From the human T2T-CHM13v2.0 reference genome, Homo sapiens: a stretch of DNA of 64,000 nt. Positions 34,701-56,586 of the stretch are shown in pieces (the stretch's first letter is position 1; each line of letters begins with the position of its first letter). The notes under the pieces are model-generated. The model had not been told where the DNA came from and did no database searches. It saw nothing but the letters and a program-made list of their open reading frames with translations. The stretch lies in NCBI RefSeq assembly GCF_009914755.1, contig NC_060933.1, one strand, 5' to 3'. The position numbers were made by a program, and so were the translations under genes.

Positions 34701-35337
34701 TGAGTCTAAGATCTTGCACTAGTCTCCACTGGCTGTTCTGTTTTTGTACTCCTAGAATTGGGGTGTTGCAGGGACTGCTGCATTTCCTTACTAAGCCTTG
34801 AGCTTTTATATGTTTAATATCCTGTAATCCTTTATGAGCTTCAGGCCTTAAGGGATATTGCCTTTGATAAGGAAAAGTGGTGGGATCTTTTAGCCTGATT
34901 TGGACTGGGTGGGCATTTTTTGCCCTTCCAAATTGTCCTTCCAATGCCAAGACTTCAGGGTTGATTCCCTCCTCAAGTAGGGGACAATGAATGGGTGATT
35001 TGTTCCCCATATTCATGTAGATAATAGCTCCAGCTTTGGCTAATATATCCCTCCCTAATAAGGATGTGGGACTTTCAGGCATAACAAGAAAGGCATGTGA
35101 AAAGAGTAAAGTCTCCCAGTTACAACTGAGGAGGTGGGAGAAATACCTGGTTACAGGCTGTCCCAGGATTCCTCGGATGGTAGTGGACCTTGAGGACCGT
35201 CGTCTGGGACAGGAGATTAACACTGAGAAGGCTGCACCAGTGTCCAGGAGGAAGTCAATTTCCTGGCCCTCAATGGTTAAACATACTCGGTGCTCAGTGA
35301 GGGTGATGACATGAGCTGGCACTTGCCCCAGGCACCC
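31787..35337 (-). pseudogene. pol: ERV9 pro-pol (protease, RT, RNase H, integrase), frameshifted
   Basis: LLDTGA, LQYVDDLLL, YTDSKYA, HHCC zinc motif, WQLDFT/SDNGPAF/VEQAN DDE, spread over several ORF fragments. Confidence 0.95.
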
Positions 35338-36794
35338 TCAGTCCTATTGTTGGATCATCTGGTTGGGGGCTTCTGGCCCAGAGAACCTTTGCCCTCTGGG
35401 GCAGTGCACCTTCCAGTGATTGCCTCAGCATAGCAGACATGGACGAGGGGGCAGCTTATTTCTTGTTGGACAATCTTTTTTAAAGTGTCCTTGTAAGCCA
35501 CACTGATAATAAGTCCTACTGGGTGATTGGCCTGCTCTTTTCTATCCTCTCTGAACCACCAAGGTTTGTTTATCTGAGGGCCATTACTAAGGCTGCAGCC
35601 TTTCTCTGATCTCACTTTTCCTTTTCGGCCTGTTCCTCTTGGTCCCTATTATAGAACACCGAGGTTGCCAGGTTTAATAATGCCTCCAGATTTTGTTCAG
35701 GGCCCAGGGCTCGCCTTTGGAACTGTCTCCTGATATCTGTGGCTGATTGGGTAATAAACTTATCTTTTAGAATCAACTGACCCTCGAGTGAGTTGGGTGA
35801 CAGGGGAGTATATTTTCTTAAGGCCTCCCGTAACCACTTGAGGAAGACAGAAGGATTTTCTTCCTTTCCCTGAGTTATGGTAGACATCACTGAATAACTC
35901 ATGGGCTTTTTCCTAATTCTCCTTAGTCCTTCTAGAACACAGGTCAACAGATGTTTATGACTCCAGGCCCCATGATCTGAGTCGGGGTCCCAGTGGGGAT
36001 CCATACTGGGGATGGCTTGCTGACCGGCAGATAACTTGTCCCTTTCTTCAGCTGTCATTCTATCATTTGCTTGACTAAGATATCAGGTATCCAAACTCTC
36101 AGCCTGCAGCTAAAGCCGCATTCTTTTCATTAAAGACCAGGGTTTGATCTAACAATAGCATGACATCTTTCCGAGTGAGATCGAAGGTTTGCCCTAGACC
36201 CTGTAGGACATCTGTGTACCTATCAGGATCATCTGAAAACTTCCCCAGGTCTGCCTTGATCTGCTTTAAATCAGAGAGGGAGAAGGGGACATGTACCCGG
36301 GTTGGGCCAAATTCCTCTCCCCCTACAGCTTGAAGGGGACATAACCGATAGCCCTGGGGTTTTTGTGGTCCTTTGGAGATTTCTTTGCTTATTTCCTTCT
36401 GGGTGGGGGAGATTAGAGGAGGCTTATCAATAATAGGAAGGGGAGTTATAGGGAGGCTAGGATATGGGAGTAAGCTGAAAGGTCCCCCTGTGGGATGTAA
36501 ATTGCAAGTTTGGCAGAGTTGTGTATCCTCCTCCAATGAAAAGAAAGCTTGGACATAAGGTATGTCACTCCATTTGCCTTCCCTGTTACAGAAAAGGTCA
36601 AGCTGCAGTATAGTATTGTAATTTATACTTCCCTCAGGTGGCCATTTTTCCCCATCAGAGAGAGAATATTGGGGCCAAGCCATAAAGCAGAAAAAAATGA
36701 ACTGACTCTTTTTCAGGGTTTGTGGGTCAAATTGGTCCCAATGGCTTAGGATGCATTTCAAGGGTGAGCCTGTTGATGCCTGAGTGTTTCCCAT
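35338..36794 (-). pseudogene. gag: ERV9 gag, disrupted
   Basis: MGNTQAS myristoylation start, MHR ITQGKEENPSVFL, two damaged zinc knuckles. Confidence 0.93.
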
Positions 36795-36854
36795 GTGAAG
36801 GACAAACCACCTGTGGTTTTGGTTTGTTTCTCCCCCTGCCCAAGAACCTGCAAT

Positions 36855-37156
36855 GGTCCCTGGACCCTGCTGATTGGAATACTTGCGCTCACCAACGCAG
36901 CAGCAGAAACACCTCTTGCGCAAGGACCCACAACAGTCCCTGGACCCTGCTGATTCGAATAGTTGTGCTCACCAATGCAGCAGCAGAAACACTAGTTTTC
37001 CTCCTAGACCACAAGGAGGACCAAGGAAGGTTGGATTTAGTGGCCCTTACCAACACATTCTCAAAAACCTGCACCCTTGCTTGTCCTCCTAGACCACAAA
37101 GAGGACCAAGAAAAATTGGATTTAGTAGCCCTTACCGATGCATTTTCAAAAACCTG
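36855..37156 (-). repeat. Two pairs of tandem leader repeats (~57 bp and ~70 bp)
   Basis: ccctggaccctgctgatt...gcagcagaaacac x2; cctcctagaccacaa...aaaaacctg x2. Confidence 0.85.
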
Positions 37157-38028
37157 TTAGAGTCCTAAGCATTCTCCCGTTAGTATTGGGACTTTACTCA
37201 TGTCCTATAAAGATGCTATGCCCCAAAAATGAAGTGGAGGGCCATAACCTGAGGGATGGGAGGGATCTCCAGAGTTAGAAGAGTGATGCCTTTTGTCCTC
37301 ACTTATATGAATAGGAAGGATGCAATTTCTGAGGCTCCCCATATCCTAGCTTCAGGAATAGCTTTTGTTAGGCCTGCTTGTCTGAGGAGGGATCCTAAAA
37401 TTCCAGATAGTTCCCCCTATGATGGGGCTTTGGGCAAAAATTATATCTTTCTGATTGGTGAGCCCGAGTGCCTAAAGAAGGTAACAGAGTCCTGAAGTTT
37501 ATACTAGAAATCATTCTTACAGGAGAAACTAGAAAAGCACCAGAGACAGGGAGTGGTTTTTAGAAGCAGGACTAGCCTTGGAGAAGAGAGGCAAGAGGAA
37601 GTTTGTCTGACAGGCATTAGGACCCAGGAGGCAAGGGTCAGGGTAGACAGGATAGATGGGTGAGCCTCGGTTAGGTGATACGACTTTGAGAGTTCTGTTC
37701 ATGGCTGCAGGGTCAACCAACTTGTTGTCGGGACCCCGGAGCTGAATGGCTTTCTTCTCTGTCAACCCTCTGCTCAGCCCAGAAGTACAGGAAAAGCAGA
37801 AGCTGGTTCCAAGAAAACCAACGCTCCCAACTCCGAAGAGTAAGGGGTTGTTAGAGAGCCCTTTCCCAGAAAGCCTGACACTCGTGTCTTTAGTCCAGCA
37901 GCCATGCTGGTCACTTTTAACTGGCCAACAGATGCCCGGTATTTACCCACCAAATTCTAAGGAAAAATAGGACAGAATAGCAAGTGAAAGGGGTCCGATG
38001 GTGCTCACTGCTTGGTGATAGTCGATTG

Positions 38029-38046
38029 GCCCCACATTGGGTGCCA
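38029..38046 (-). promoter_or_regulatory. ERV9 primer binding site, tRNA-Lys(CUU)
   Basis: TGGCACCCAATGTGGGGC equals TGGCGCCCAACGTGGGGC with two CpG transitions. Confidence 0.88.
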
Positions 38047-38049
38047 AAG

Positions 38050-38084
38050 TGTGTCCGGAATTGGTTCCTTCTGGTGGGTTCTTG
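38050..38084 (-). mobile_element. 35-bp U5 stub of the ERV9 5' LTR12
   Basis: Matches 28660-28694 at 32 of 35 positions. Confidence 0.9.
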
Positions 38085-38086
38085 AA

Positions 38087-38357
<271 letters not shown>

Positions 38358-38459
38358 CTACAGCTACCAGCATGAGCGATGCAGAAGACGGTGATTTCTG
38401 CATTTCCATCTGAGGTACCGGGTTCATCTCACTAGGGAGTGCCAGACAGTGGGCGCAGG

Positions 38460-38768
38460 TCAGTGGGTGCACGCACTGTGCGCGAGCCGAAGCAGGGCGA
38501 GGCATTGCCTCACTTGGGAAGCGCAAGGGGTCAGGGAGTTCCCTTTCTGAGTCAAAGAAAGGGGTGATGGACGGCACCTGGAAAATTGGGTCACTCCCAC
38601 CTGAATACTGCGCTTTTCTGACGGGCTTAAAAAATGGCGCACCACGAGATTATATCCCGCACCTGGCTTGGAGGGTCCTACGCCCACGGAGTCTCGCTGA
38701 TTGCTAGCACAGCAGTCTGAGATCAAACTGCAAGGCAGCAGCGAGGCTGGGGGAGGGGCGCCCGCCAT
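38460..38768 (-). CDS. ORF0: L1 antisense ORF0 (open for 102 aa)
   Basis: MAGAPPPASLLPCSLISDCCASNQRDSVGVG... matches the known ORF0 N-terminus. Confidence 0.65.
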   Translation of the reverse strand: MAGAPPPASLLPCSLISDCCASNQRDSVGVGPSKPGAGYNLVVRHFLSPSEKRSIQVGVTQFSRCRPSPLSLTQKGNSLTPCASQVRQCLALLRLAHSACTH

Positions 38769-39223
38769 TGCCCAGGCTTGCTTAGGTAAACAAAGCAGCC
38801 GGGAAGCTCCAACTGGGCGGAGCCCACCACAGCTCAAGGAGGCCTGCCTGCCTCTGTAGGCTCCACCTCTGGGGGCAGGGCACAGACAAACAAAAAGACA
38901 GCAGTAACCTCTGCAGACTTAAATGTCCCTGTCTGACAGCTTTGAAGAGAGCAGTGGTTCTCCCAGCACGCAGCTGGAGATCTGAGAATGGGCAGACTGC
39001 CTCCTCAAGTGGGTCCCTGACCCCTGACCCCTGAGCAGCCTAACTGGGAGGCACCCCCCAACAGGGGCACACTGACACCTCACACGGCAGGGTATTCCAA
39101 CAGACCTGCAGCTGAGGGTCCTGTTTGTTAGAAGGAAAACTAACAAACAGAAAGGACATCCACACCAAAAACCCATCTGTACATCACCATCATCAAAGAC
39201 CAAAAGTAGATAAAACCACAAAG

Positions 39224-40240
39224 ATGGGGAAAAAACAGAACAGAAAAACTGGAAACTCTAAAGAGCAGAGCGCCTCTCCTCCTCCAAAGGAACACAGTTC
39301 CTCACCAGCAATGGAACAAACCTGGATGGAGAATGACTTTGACGAGCTGAGAGAAGAAGGCTTCAGACAATCAAACTACTCTGAGCTATGGGAGGACATT
39401 CAAACCAAAGGCAAAGAAGTTGAAAACTTTGAAAAAAATTTAGAAGAATGTATAACTAGAATAACCAATACAGACAAGTGCTTAAAGGAGCTGATGGAGC
39501 TGAAAAGCAAGGCTTGAGAACTACATGAAGAATGCAGAAGCCTCAGGAGCTGATGTGATCAACTGGAAGAAAGGGTATCAGCGATGGAAGATGAAATGAA
39601 TGAAATGAAGTGAGAAGGGAAGTTTAGAGAAAAAAGAATGAAAAGAAATGAGCAAAGCCTCCAAGAAATATGGGACTATGTGAAAAGACCAAATCTACAT
39701 CTGATTGGTGTACCTGAAAGTGATGGGGAGAATGGAACCAAGTTGGAAAACACTCTGCAGGATATTATCCAGGAGAACTTCCCCAATCTAGCAAGGCAGG
39801 CCAACGTTCAGATTCAGGAAATACAGAGGACGCCACAGAGATACTCCTCGAGAAGAGCAACTCCAAGACACATAATTGTCAGATTCACCAAAGTTGAAAT
39901 GAAGGAAAAAATGTTAAGGGCAGCCAGAGAGAAAGGTCGGATTACCCTCAAAGGGAAGCCCAACAGACTAACAGCGGATCTCTCGCCAGAAACCCTACAA
40001 GCCAGAAGAGAGTGGGGGCCAATATTCAACATTCTTAAAGACAAGAATTTTCAACCCAGAATTTCATATCCAGCCAAACTAAGCTTCATAAGTGAAGGAG
40101 AAATAAAACACTTTACAGACAAGCAAATGCTGAGAGATTTTGTCACCACCAGGCCTGCCCTAAAAGAGCTCCTGAAGGAAACGCTAAACATGGAAAGGAA
40201 CAACGGGTAACAGCCGCTGCAAAATCATGCCAAAATGTAA
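39224..40240 (+). pseudogene. ORF1: L1 ORF1p with premature stops
   Basis: MGKKQNRK start; 1017-nt canonical span; CGA>TGA-type stops near 39515, 39551, 39611; TAA at 40208. Confidence 0.95.
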
Positions 40241-40276
40241 AGACCATCAAGACTAGGAAGAAACAGCATCAACTAA

Positions 40277-44124
<3,848 letters not shown>

Positions 44125-44451
44125 ACAATGAGATCACATGAACACAGGAAGGGGAATATCACACTCTGGGGACTGTTGTGGGTTCGGCGGGGGGAGGGAT
44201 AGCATTGGGAAATATACCTAATGCTAGATGACGAGTTGGTGGATGCAGTGCACCAGCATGGCACATGTATAGATATGTAACTAACCTGCACAATGTGCAC
44301 ATGTACCCTAAAACTTAAAGTATAATAAAAAACAAAACAAAACAAAACAAAAGATTTATGTACATCTGAAAAAAACAAATTAATTATTAACAATTAAGAC
44401 TTTCCTGAGGGAAATGCTCTAAGAAAAAGTATGTGTGTGTACATTCTATGT

Positions 44452-44757
44452 CTTTCTCTTTTTGAAACAGAGACAGGGTCTTGCTCTGTTGCCCAGGCTG
44501 GAGTGCAGTGGTGCAATCATAGCTCACTGCAGCCTTGAACTCCTGGGCTCAGGCAATCCTCCTGCCTCAGCCCACTGAGTAGCCGGGACTACAGGCATGG
44601 ACTGCCACACCCAGTTAATTTTAAATTTTTTTTAAAAATAGAGACTGGGTCTTGCTTTGTTGCTCAGGCTAGTCTTGAACTCCTGGCCTCAAACAATCCT
44701 CCTGCCTCGACATCCCAAAGTGCTGGGATTATAGGTGTGAGCCACTGTGCTCAGCCT
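44452..44757 (-). mobile_element. Alu (AluJ)
   Basis: J diagnostics. Confidence 0.9.
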
Positions 44758-45141
44758 TTCTTCTTTCTTTTTTGGCATCAGAGAAAATTCATATTTTTTT
44801 TAGATTTCTCTTTACCCTTATAGTCTAATTGTCAACCGTGATCTGTTTTCTGTTTCTTCCATAGCAGTAGAGTTTAAGCTGGTTGCAAAATTGCTGAGTA
44901 AGGGAACATGTTTTCCAGACTCTTGTGCAGCTGGATGTGGTTCTGTTACTAAGGTCGGGCTGATGGACTGTGGGCAGAAATAAGTGTGTCACTCCTACGT
45001 CATCCCCAACCCAAAGGACAGACTCATTCCCTGGAGTTCTCTCTTTTCTCCTTCCCACTTGGACATACATGTAGACTTGCCTTTGGATATATGAACACAT
45101 GCGTCTGTGACCCAGGTTTGACCATGCAGACAAGGACAACC

Positions 45142-46022
<881 letters not shown>

Positions 46023-46095
46023 ATCTAACTTGAGGGGATGAGACAAGATGGAAAGAGTCAGGATTCCTGAATAACTGCTTGAAGAAGAGCTGTCA

Positions 46096-46444
<349 letters not shown>

Positions 46445-46928
46445 TCAACCTGGTCTACTCTTTGTGGAATAATTATGTAAGAGAGGAATAATCTTCTTTT
46501 CTCAAGACACTGAATCTGGGGACCTTCTTGGCTGAAAAAGCAGTTGGCCATTACTCTGAATAATACAGTATGTCAGTATCAATGTACGTATTTATGTTAC
46601 ATATTAATGTATAGCAGAGATATCAATACCTTGTATTGTTATATATCTATCTCACCTATATTGCACATGTGTGTGTGCCTTACCTTCTAGTTGCATCACC
46701 AGTTCCTGAAAGAGAAGCACTTAAATAAAGCCATCTTAATTTCCTACAAAAAAGTAGGAAAGGGATTATCTCAGAAGCAAAAAGTGGCAATTTAGCCTGT
46801 TAAACCAAAATTTCAACAAATTTAAAGATTAAACTGGTTTTTGTTAGTAATTCATGAATTGCAGCATCTCTCTACAAATAAAAGAAGCTCAGTTGGGCAA
46901 TAAAGAACAATTTGTTTGTATACAGCAG

Positions 46929-47325
46929 TGATATAGTTTGGATATTTGTCCCTGCTCAAATCTCATATTGAATTGTAATCCCCCATGATTGCGGTGAGGC
47001 CTGGTGGGAGGTGTTTGGGCCATCAGGACAGATCCCTCATGATTTGATGCCTTCCTCACCATAACGAATGGGTTCTCATGAGATCTGGTCGTTTAAAAGC
47101 GCGTGGCACCTCTCTGCCCTTGTTCCTGCTTTTGCCATGTGATGCACCTGCTCCTTCTTCAACTTCCACTGTAAGTAAAAGCTCCCTGAGGCCTCCCCAG
47201 AAGCTGAACAGATGCCAGCGTCATGCTTTCTGTACAGCCTGCAGAATTGTGAGCCAATTAAATCTCTTTTCCTTATAAAGTACCCAGTCTCAGGTACTTA
47301 TAGCAATGCAAGAAGGCCTAAAACA
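46929..47325 (+). mobile_element. MST LTR (MSTA/B)
   Basis: tgatatagtttggatatttgtccc...tacccagtctcagg. Confidence 0.85.
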
Positions 47326-47333
47326 CATAGCTT

Positions 47334-47736
47334 TGAGGCAGGAGGATAGGGTCTGGAGGCAGGGAACATAAGGCCGATTCATGCGGACTTCCTTAAACTA
47401 AATCAAATGGAAACACTTCAGCTATAACAGGAAATATCCTCTCCATTTACATAGGGCCTACACCGAGTAAATTACTGTAACTTTACTTCATCCTCTTCAT
47501 TTACATAGGTTGTACACCAAGTAACCGATGGAAACCTCTAGAGGGTATTTAATCCCCAGAAAATTCTGTAATGGGGCTCTTGAGCCCCTATGCTTGGGCC
47601 TGCTCCCACCCTGTGGAGAGTACTTTCATTTTCAATAAATCGCTGCTTTTGTTGCTTCATTCTTTCCTTGCTTTGTGTGTTTTGTCCAATTCTTTGTTCA
47701 AGATGCCAAGAACCTGGACACCCTCCACCATTAACA
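47334..47736 (+). mobile_element. MER61-like LTR
   Basis: tgaggcaggaggatagggtctggagg...ttaaca; TSD gctt. Confidence 0.8.
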
Positions 47737-48189
47737 GCTTGAGCAGGAACAAGAAAACAGAAAAATACAAAAAAGCAGGTTGGTAACCTCAGGTTATCTC
47801 AGGTTACTTTCCTTGGAAGAGTTAAAGCAGAGAGGACTTCCTTATCACGTCAGCTGAGGTTAACTGGGCCCCTTCTGATTGGTTGCTGTGAGTCTCCTGT
47901 TTTTAGGTAAACCTGGTCTAGTTTGGGATTTTCTGGCTTCCTTCAAGTTTCAGTTTGATTAGGTGGCACTTAGCAAGAGTGACTCCATTTTGTTTTGGTC
48001 TACCGGGGCCTAGTGCAAGAGCTCAGTCCAAAACAATGGCCTCCTACTTAACAAGCTCCATGAAAACTAAACACAGGTCCTTACTTTTCTCATTGTGCAG
48101 CTGACTGGTAAATGATCTACCATAAACCAGCTTCAGAACCTGCATTTTTCTTTGTGAATCAATGCTCTTCATTATGAAGGACATACTTA

Positions 48190-48531
<342 letters not shown>

Positions 48532-49161
48532 TAAGTGGCAGAAAACAGATTGTCTGGAAGGTTTAAAATGAAAGTCTTTTGCGGGGGTGGCAGAAGAAAA
48601 TCTTTACAGTCATTTATTTATTTATTCATTGGCCAATCATGAATGGAATGCTTACTCTGTGTCAGGAACTATGTCCATTATTAGGATCAGAGAGTTTGCC
48701 TTCAGGGAGTTCACATTCTCATTATTTATGATACAATATGATAAGTACTGAAGAGATATTTGCATAGGCTTTAATATGGGATTTCAGAAGTATCTGACTC
48801 AGTTTGGGGAGCAGGGATGTCTAAGAGGAGATGAGATGAATGCTGCAGGTAGTGGACAAGGTGGGACAGGACAGTGAGGCAGAGGGACATTGGTATAGGT
48901 GCAGGCAGCCTGAAGAAACCAACACTGGCCTTCCATTGGGAAGGGAATGAGAAGAGCAATCCCTACCAGGAACTCATAAATATCCTCTGTGGCAACTGTC
49001 AACTAAAAATCACAAAATCTATAAAGTTGAAAAAGAGAACATTATTTCTGAGAAGGGTTGCAACCTGCAGGTTGGGAAAGCGAGCCTCTGGCCGAGACCA
49101 AAAGGAGGCACTTTCAGAGAGGAAGGTTGGAACAAGCGTTTTATGCCAGACAGGCTGGTTA

Positions 49162-49494
<333 letters not shown>

Positions 49495-49686
49495 TCACTT
49501 TGGGGTGGAGATTTAACATTAAAATGCAGTAAAATTAGGATCTGTATGTCAAAAGGTGAGACCAAAGACACAAAGGTGCCTTGTGCACAGCCCCCATACC
49601 CTGGCTGGGACCAGTCCCCTGTTCGATGGGCATTCATCAGGAAGGAATGCCCTGCAAGCAGGTCAGCAGTCATTTTGAGACCATGA

Positions 49687-50146
<460 letters not shown>

Positions 50147-51309
50147 TGACTGACCTCCTGTCTCATCATGGCTGGGAAGCTTAGTGCTAAGGTTTTTCTG
50201 GGGCCTCCTTAGTTGAGAGAGGTTGGTTCCATCAGTCAGGGGGCTTAGGATTTTATTTTTATTTCACACAACACATGTTCAAATTAGCAAGATTTTGAAC
50301 AATTAGTTCCTCACATAAAAGAAAAATAAAAGCAAAAGAAGCTACAGGTTTTTTCCCTGATGCTAAGAATTTATATTGTTATTAAATTGCAGATGTTTGA
50401 ATACAATAAGCCCAAAAGGAGCTAGGCACTGTCTCCTACAATCAAGGCAAAATGTACAGAATGATTTGTTCTTAACAGAAAACCGATTTTCTCCCAAGCA
50501 CAAAAGACATGCTGAACTAAATGAGCTCAACAAAAGGGTCTCAAGGAAACGGGGAATTTTTCATGACTTGTTTTACTGATGGTGAAGGTTACTTCTGAAA
50601 GCCCAACATTTTAAATCAGTTTTAAAGAATATTGTGCAACAATATTACAGATTCATATTCGAGTGGGTCTTGCTGTACAGCAGGAAATCAGAGGAACATT
50701 AATCAAATAATACACAGGTAGGACCTAATACCAAAAGAGGAAGACATGGATTTCAAGGCAAAACTTATCAGGGACCTGTAGCACCAAATTGTCTTTACCC
50801 AATGGATGTAGGAAAGTGGTCAAGTGAACATTTGTCTTTTTGAAAGCTGTTGATCTTCAGGAAAGATTTGACAATATCCTTTCAGACTCAGCCATGTCTC
50901 TCCCACATGAATATGTTGATCATAAATGTGAACCTTGAGAACAAATCCACTCTAGGTCTGTGATGGTGAGGACACTTGAATGCTTCCCTACCAGGCTAAA
51001 GCCTGAATTCAAGAACCTTGACCTCCCCTGGCGTGAAGGGCAACATGAACTACAGGTGGCCAGGCAGAATCAAGGACAGAAATGATGCGTGTATTAGGAA
51101 TTGTTAGGGGACAAGCAACAGAAACCCATTTGAGCTAGCTCAGGTCAGAAGGGATTCATGGAGAGAAGTCACCATGCAGTCGCTCAGACATCCAAGAGGG
51201 GAACGCAGCAGCGCTGGCCATACAGAAATGGAGCTGGAGAACCTGCGGCATGGCTCAGCGGCTCCTCTCACATGGGCCACCTGCTTGGTCTGCTGCATTC
51301 TTCTGCTGA

Positions 51310-51421
51310 TTTTTTTTTTTTTCCCAGGCAGAGTCTCACTCTGTCGCCAGGCTGGAGTGCAGTGGCGTGATCTTGGCCTCCCAAAGTGCTGGGATTACAG
51401 GCGTGAGCCACTACGCCCGGC
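51310..51421 (-). mobile_element. Alu collapsed by intra-element (arm-to-arm) deletion
   Basis: Right-arm end joined to left-arm start; TSD tcttctgctgatttt. Confidence 0.85.
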
Positions 51422-51531
51422 ATCTTCTGCTGATTTTTAAAAATAGCTTTACTAGGTTTAATTCACATACCATAAAATTCACCATTTGAAAGGATACAAT
51501 TCCTTGGTTTTTTACTGTATTCACAGAATAA

Positions 51532-51969
<438 letters not shown>

Positions 51970-52294
51970 TGAATAATACTCCACTCTGTGGATGTACCAT
52001 ATTTTGTTTACCCTTTCATCAGGTGAGGGCATTTGGTTTGTTTTAACTTTTTGGCTATTATGAATAATGCTGCTATGAACATTTGTGTACATGTGGATAT
52101 CCAGTTGTCCCAGCTCCATTTGTTGAAAAGACTATCCTTTCCCGATTGAATTGTCTTGGTACTCCTGTGGGAAATCCATTGACCATAAACATGAAGATAG
52201 ATAACTGGACTCTCCATTCTATGGACCTATGTTTCAGTTCTCTTGGGCAAGTGGGTGTGGAATTGCAGGGTCACATAGTAACTTTATGTTTACC

Positions 52295-52634
<340 letters not shown>

Positions 52635-53570
52635 TAGCTTCACTATGTTACACATTCCCACCAACAGTGTATGAAGGTTCTGATTTCTCCATATCCTTGT
52701 CAACATTTCTTATTGTCTTTTTTATTTTAGCCATCTCACTGTGGCTTTGATTTGCATTTCCTTAGTAACTAGTGATTTCGAGCATCTTTTCATGTGCTTA
52801 CTGTACAGTTGTACATATTCATTAAAGAAATATCTATTTCGATCCTCTGTCTACATTTTAATGTTATTCAACTTTTTATTATTGAGTTGTAAAGTTCCTT
52901 TATTATCCTAGAGACAAGTTCTTTATCAGCTATGTGATTTACAAATATTTTATCTCATCCCATAGGTTGTCTTTTTATTTTCTCGATGATATCTTTTGAA
53001 GTGCAAAAGTTTTTAGTTTTGATAAAATTCAGTTTATCTATTTTTTGTTATTTGGCTTTCACTGTCATATGTAAGAAACAATTGTCTAATCCAAGGTTAT
53101 GAAGATTTACTCCTTTGTTTTCTTCTAAGTATCTTATAGTTTTAGCTCTTACAGGTAGATCTGTGATCCATTTTGAGTTCATTTTTGTATATGGTGTGAA
53201 GTAGGATGCCCAACTTCATTCTTTTGCATGTGGATATCCAGTTGTCCCAGCTCCATTTGTTGAAAAGACTATTCTTTCCCCATCGAATTGTCTTGGTACT
53301 CCTGTGGAAAATCCATTGACCATAAACATGAAGGTAGATAACTGGACTCTCAATTCCATCCCATTGATCTATTTTTCTATTCTTATGCCAGTACTACCCT
53401 ATCTCGATTACCCTTGCTTTGCAGTACGTTTTTGAAATTGGGAAATGTTGTTTTTCCAATTTTGTTTTTTTCTAAGATTGTTGTGGCTACCCTGGGTCCC
53501 TTGCAATCCCATGAAAATTTTAGAATCAGCTTGCCAATTTCTGCAAAGAAGCCAGCTGGGATTTTGATAA

Positions 53571-53917
<347 letters not shown>

Positions 53918-53979
53918 TAGGGAGTATTATTACATTAACAATATTAACTTAATATTAACAATATTAAGTATTCTAATAA

Positions 53980-54303
<324 letters not shown>

Positions 54304-54685
54304 GTCTTTCCATTTATTAATGTCTTTGATTACTTTCAATAATATTTTGTAGTTTTCAGTGTACAAGTCTTATACTCCTTTAGTTAAACATATTCCTAAG
54401 TATTCATTCTTTTTAATGCTATTGTAAATGAAATTTCTTATTCATTGTTAATATGTAGGAATACAATTGATTTTTATATGTTGATCTTGTATCCTGTAAC
54501 TTTGCTGAACTTTTGTATTAGTTCTAATAATAATAAACAATTGTATTAGTTCTAATACAAAATAACTTTGTATTAGGATATTTTTGTGTATTCCTTAGTT
54601 TTTTCTATATAAAAGATCATATCATTTGTAAATAGAGATCAGTTTATTTATTTTTTTCAAGCTAGAAAAAAAATTATTCCAGATT

Positions 54686-55145
<460 letters not shown>

Positions 55146-56586
55146 TGAAAAGAAGTAGCAATTGCAGATATCCGTGTCTTATTCCTGATCTTAGGGGAGA
55201 AATCATGCAGGCTTCCATCATTAAGGATAATGCTAATAGATGAGATCCCTCTGTCTCTCTGTGACTTCATGATTGCAGCCCATGTTTGTATGCCATGTGA
55301 CCATCTTGGCCCTGGATCTGCTTGATCTCTTAAAGGCTCCATCATCCTGTAATTCCCTGTTTCTCTCTAGTCCTAGAAAGAGAGAATCTGACTGGCTCAG
55401 CCAAGGCTAGGGGTTGGCTTCTCTTCAGTCAGGTGTCTGCTATGGTCCAATCAGCTATGGCTAGAGTAGAAGGCTGGGGCATGCAGTATGCACGTGGTGG
55501 CTGGGGCATGCAGTATGCACGTAGCTGCTAAGGGCCACATCTAGGGTGAACAACTCATCCTGGTTTGCTCAGGACTTCCCTGGTTTTAGTACTGTAAGTC
55601 CCACATATCCCAACCCTCTTCAGTCCTTGGCAAACTCAAATAGTTGGCCCCCCATGCCTACTCCTCAGCAATACCTGTGTGTACATAGGGTTGGAGTGTG
55701 TCACAGAATGAGGGTAATGGTTAGGAGGTAATAATAGACTCATTCAACACAATGTTTTTGACTCCCAGAGTAAACTAGACTGCTTGAGCAGAGGTAAGTG
55801 TATTCAAAACTGGAGTTCCAGAACATTATCAATCCTTTTGGGGGCCTATGTGCCCATGACCGTGATGTCAGACAATTTTTAGACATGGCCCTTGGGAAGA
55901 CTCAACAAACAGAAGAGAAAGAGATGTTTTCTACAAAATACCTAATCTAGAAGGTGGAATCTGGACCCACAGGCCCACCTCATTTGTCTTGTTCATCCAG
56001 AAAGATGGTTTTATAAACTTTGTGTTAGAATTCGTCTCAAGGCTGTCCCAGTTCCATCCTCCCTGTTGCCTTACACATGCCTCTATACACACAAATATTA
56101 CCTGCTGGATCCTGGAAGGTATCTGAGTTTGTGACTCCTGGCCTAAAGAGTACTGTTTGTACTATTCTTTATTCTGGTGGTGAGAGAAAGAAAGGGTTAA
56201 GTTCAGGAGTTGAGAAATAACACCAGCTGCAAAAAGTAACTCATTTGGTGGGAAAATTGGGCATAATTTAAGTGCATTGATTAGTTAATAATGCTTACTG
56301 AACCATCACCAGTACTTAAAACAGGGGGAATACATAGAAAAGATAAGAGCTGACACCAGAGAAAGTAGTTAGAAAATTTTCAGGTCTGTGAAGATTTGGG
56401 CATCCCCAGAAGCCAACCCTGAGGAGAGGATCCATGTTCGAGCCTTTCAATGGGAGGTGATCTCAGGTATCCCTACTGTGGAGTGGGAATGTGACTCAGG
56501 GAAGGAAGCCAATAAAAGGTACCTCTGTCTGGTCCCCTTGGGAAAGCCTCGGGGAGAATGCAGAACGGAAACCTCAGAGTAGCCCC

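Larger units (their letters stand above)
28660..38084 (-). mobile_element. ERV9 (HERV9/LTR12) provirus with nearly deleted 5' LTR
   Basis: LTR stub-PBS-leader-gag-pro-pol-env-PPT-LTR12 order on the minus strand. Confidence 0.93.
46798..48053 (-). mobile_element. MER31/MER67-like LTR hosting MST and MER61
   Basis: ggaggccattgttttggactgagctc on the minus strand; TG/CA ends. Confidence 0.65.
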
